A stretch of DNA of 64,000 bases, taken from the NCBI GenBank assembly GCA_027491435.1, contig JAOZFG010000004.1, forward strand, positions 202,626 to 266,625. The letters are read 5' to 3'. The position numbers and the translations under genes were made by a program. Under the pieces are notes generated by a model that was not told the DNA's origin, searched no databases, and saw nothing but the letters and a program-made list of their open reading frames with translations. Position 1 is the first letter of the stretch. The number at the start of each line of letters is the position of its first letter. The DNA comes from Thermoproteota archaeon. GTDB taxonomy: Archaea > Korarchaeota > Korarchaeia > Korarchaeales > Korarchaeaceae. This document shows, in pieces, positions 63,489-64,000 of this stretch.

Positions 63489-64000
63489 TTTTTCACCTTT
63501 TAAAGTGGTCATAGCTAAATTAAAAAGGTGGCCTTTCAGCCGGTCACCCGTAAGTGCTCTCGGTGGGCTCTGTAACTTAAGGTTCCTCATGCTTTGACCA
63601 CAGTAAATTTTAGTTGTAGGCCGATCAACCGCTTAATTTTCTCAAGGGATACGCTAACGAATTTTAGGATGAACCAAAGCTTCTCCAACTTGTTAGCAGT
63701 AGTGCTTGTTTAGATAGAGCAACCTCAGCTTGTCTTAAGCCTCCTAGATAAATGTTCTCTCACTCTAACGTACTTCTAAAGAACTGCATCACCCTCTCTT
63801 CACTTCTTGGAAGGATTGTCCTTATCTTATGCTTTTCTCGCTCCTTAGCTAGATCAAGCTCAGTGAAACCCTACAGCAAAGTTATAGATTTCGTCTAAAA
63901 TGTCACACCATTTTTCGACGTCATAACCAGTCAATCGACCCCAAAGTACACTCCCTATGCTATGACCTAGCAAGGCGAAGCTGTTGATATGCCAGGGGTC

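Noticed and set aside
63600-64000. Possible gene end or decayed gene on the minus strand (frame open from 64000 to 63860)
   Set aside because: No recognisable homology, and it is truncated by the window edge
1-64000. CRISPR array, rRNA, IS/transposase, selenocysteine or frameshift recoding
   Set aside because: No regular repeat-spacer pattern, rRNA-like tract, transposase motif or split conserved gene was found by eye

Overview
Gene-dense archaeal chromosomal segment with many overlapping gene ends. The eS25, crenarchaeal-type single-OB SSB, PolB1-type polymerase, HMf histone and GatDE genes point to the TACK group; Korarchaeota is plausible but not provable from this window. Information-processing content: DTD2, histone, tRNA-Arg(TCG), SSB, gatDE, PolB with a 156-aa mini-intein, a broken-off rpl22-rps3-rpl29-rnp1-rps17 block, eS17 and eS25. 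Metabolic content: a liv-type ABC transporter, hom-lysC, an acyl-CoA dehydrogenase/two-ETF/FixCX/thiolase cluster, class I fumarase subunits, the HMG-CoA synthase-thiolase-DUF35 operon, gcvT, GlcD/GlcF- and Lut-like redox genes and pyruvate kinase. Two class III signal-peptide (pilin-like) genes close the window. No CRISPR, rRNA, IS or provirus was seen. The most interesting observations are: (1) an ArcE/cDPGS-family ligase translationally coupled to a creatininase-family gene, a possible ATP-yielding creatinine/creatine pathway; (2) a cysteine-free pseudo-thiolase in the mevalonate operon; (3) a degenerate UppP fused to DedA near a PAP2 gene, whose stop codon lies inside a tRNA; (4) an apparent AUA start codon for RNase P protein 1. 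All family assignments come from motif recognition by eye, not database searches.
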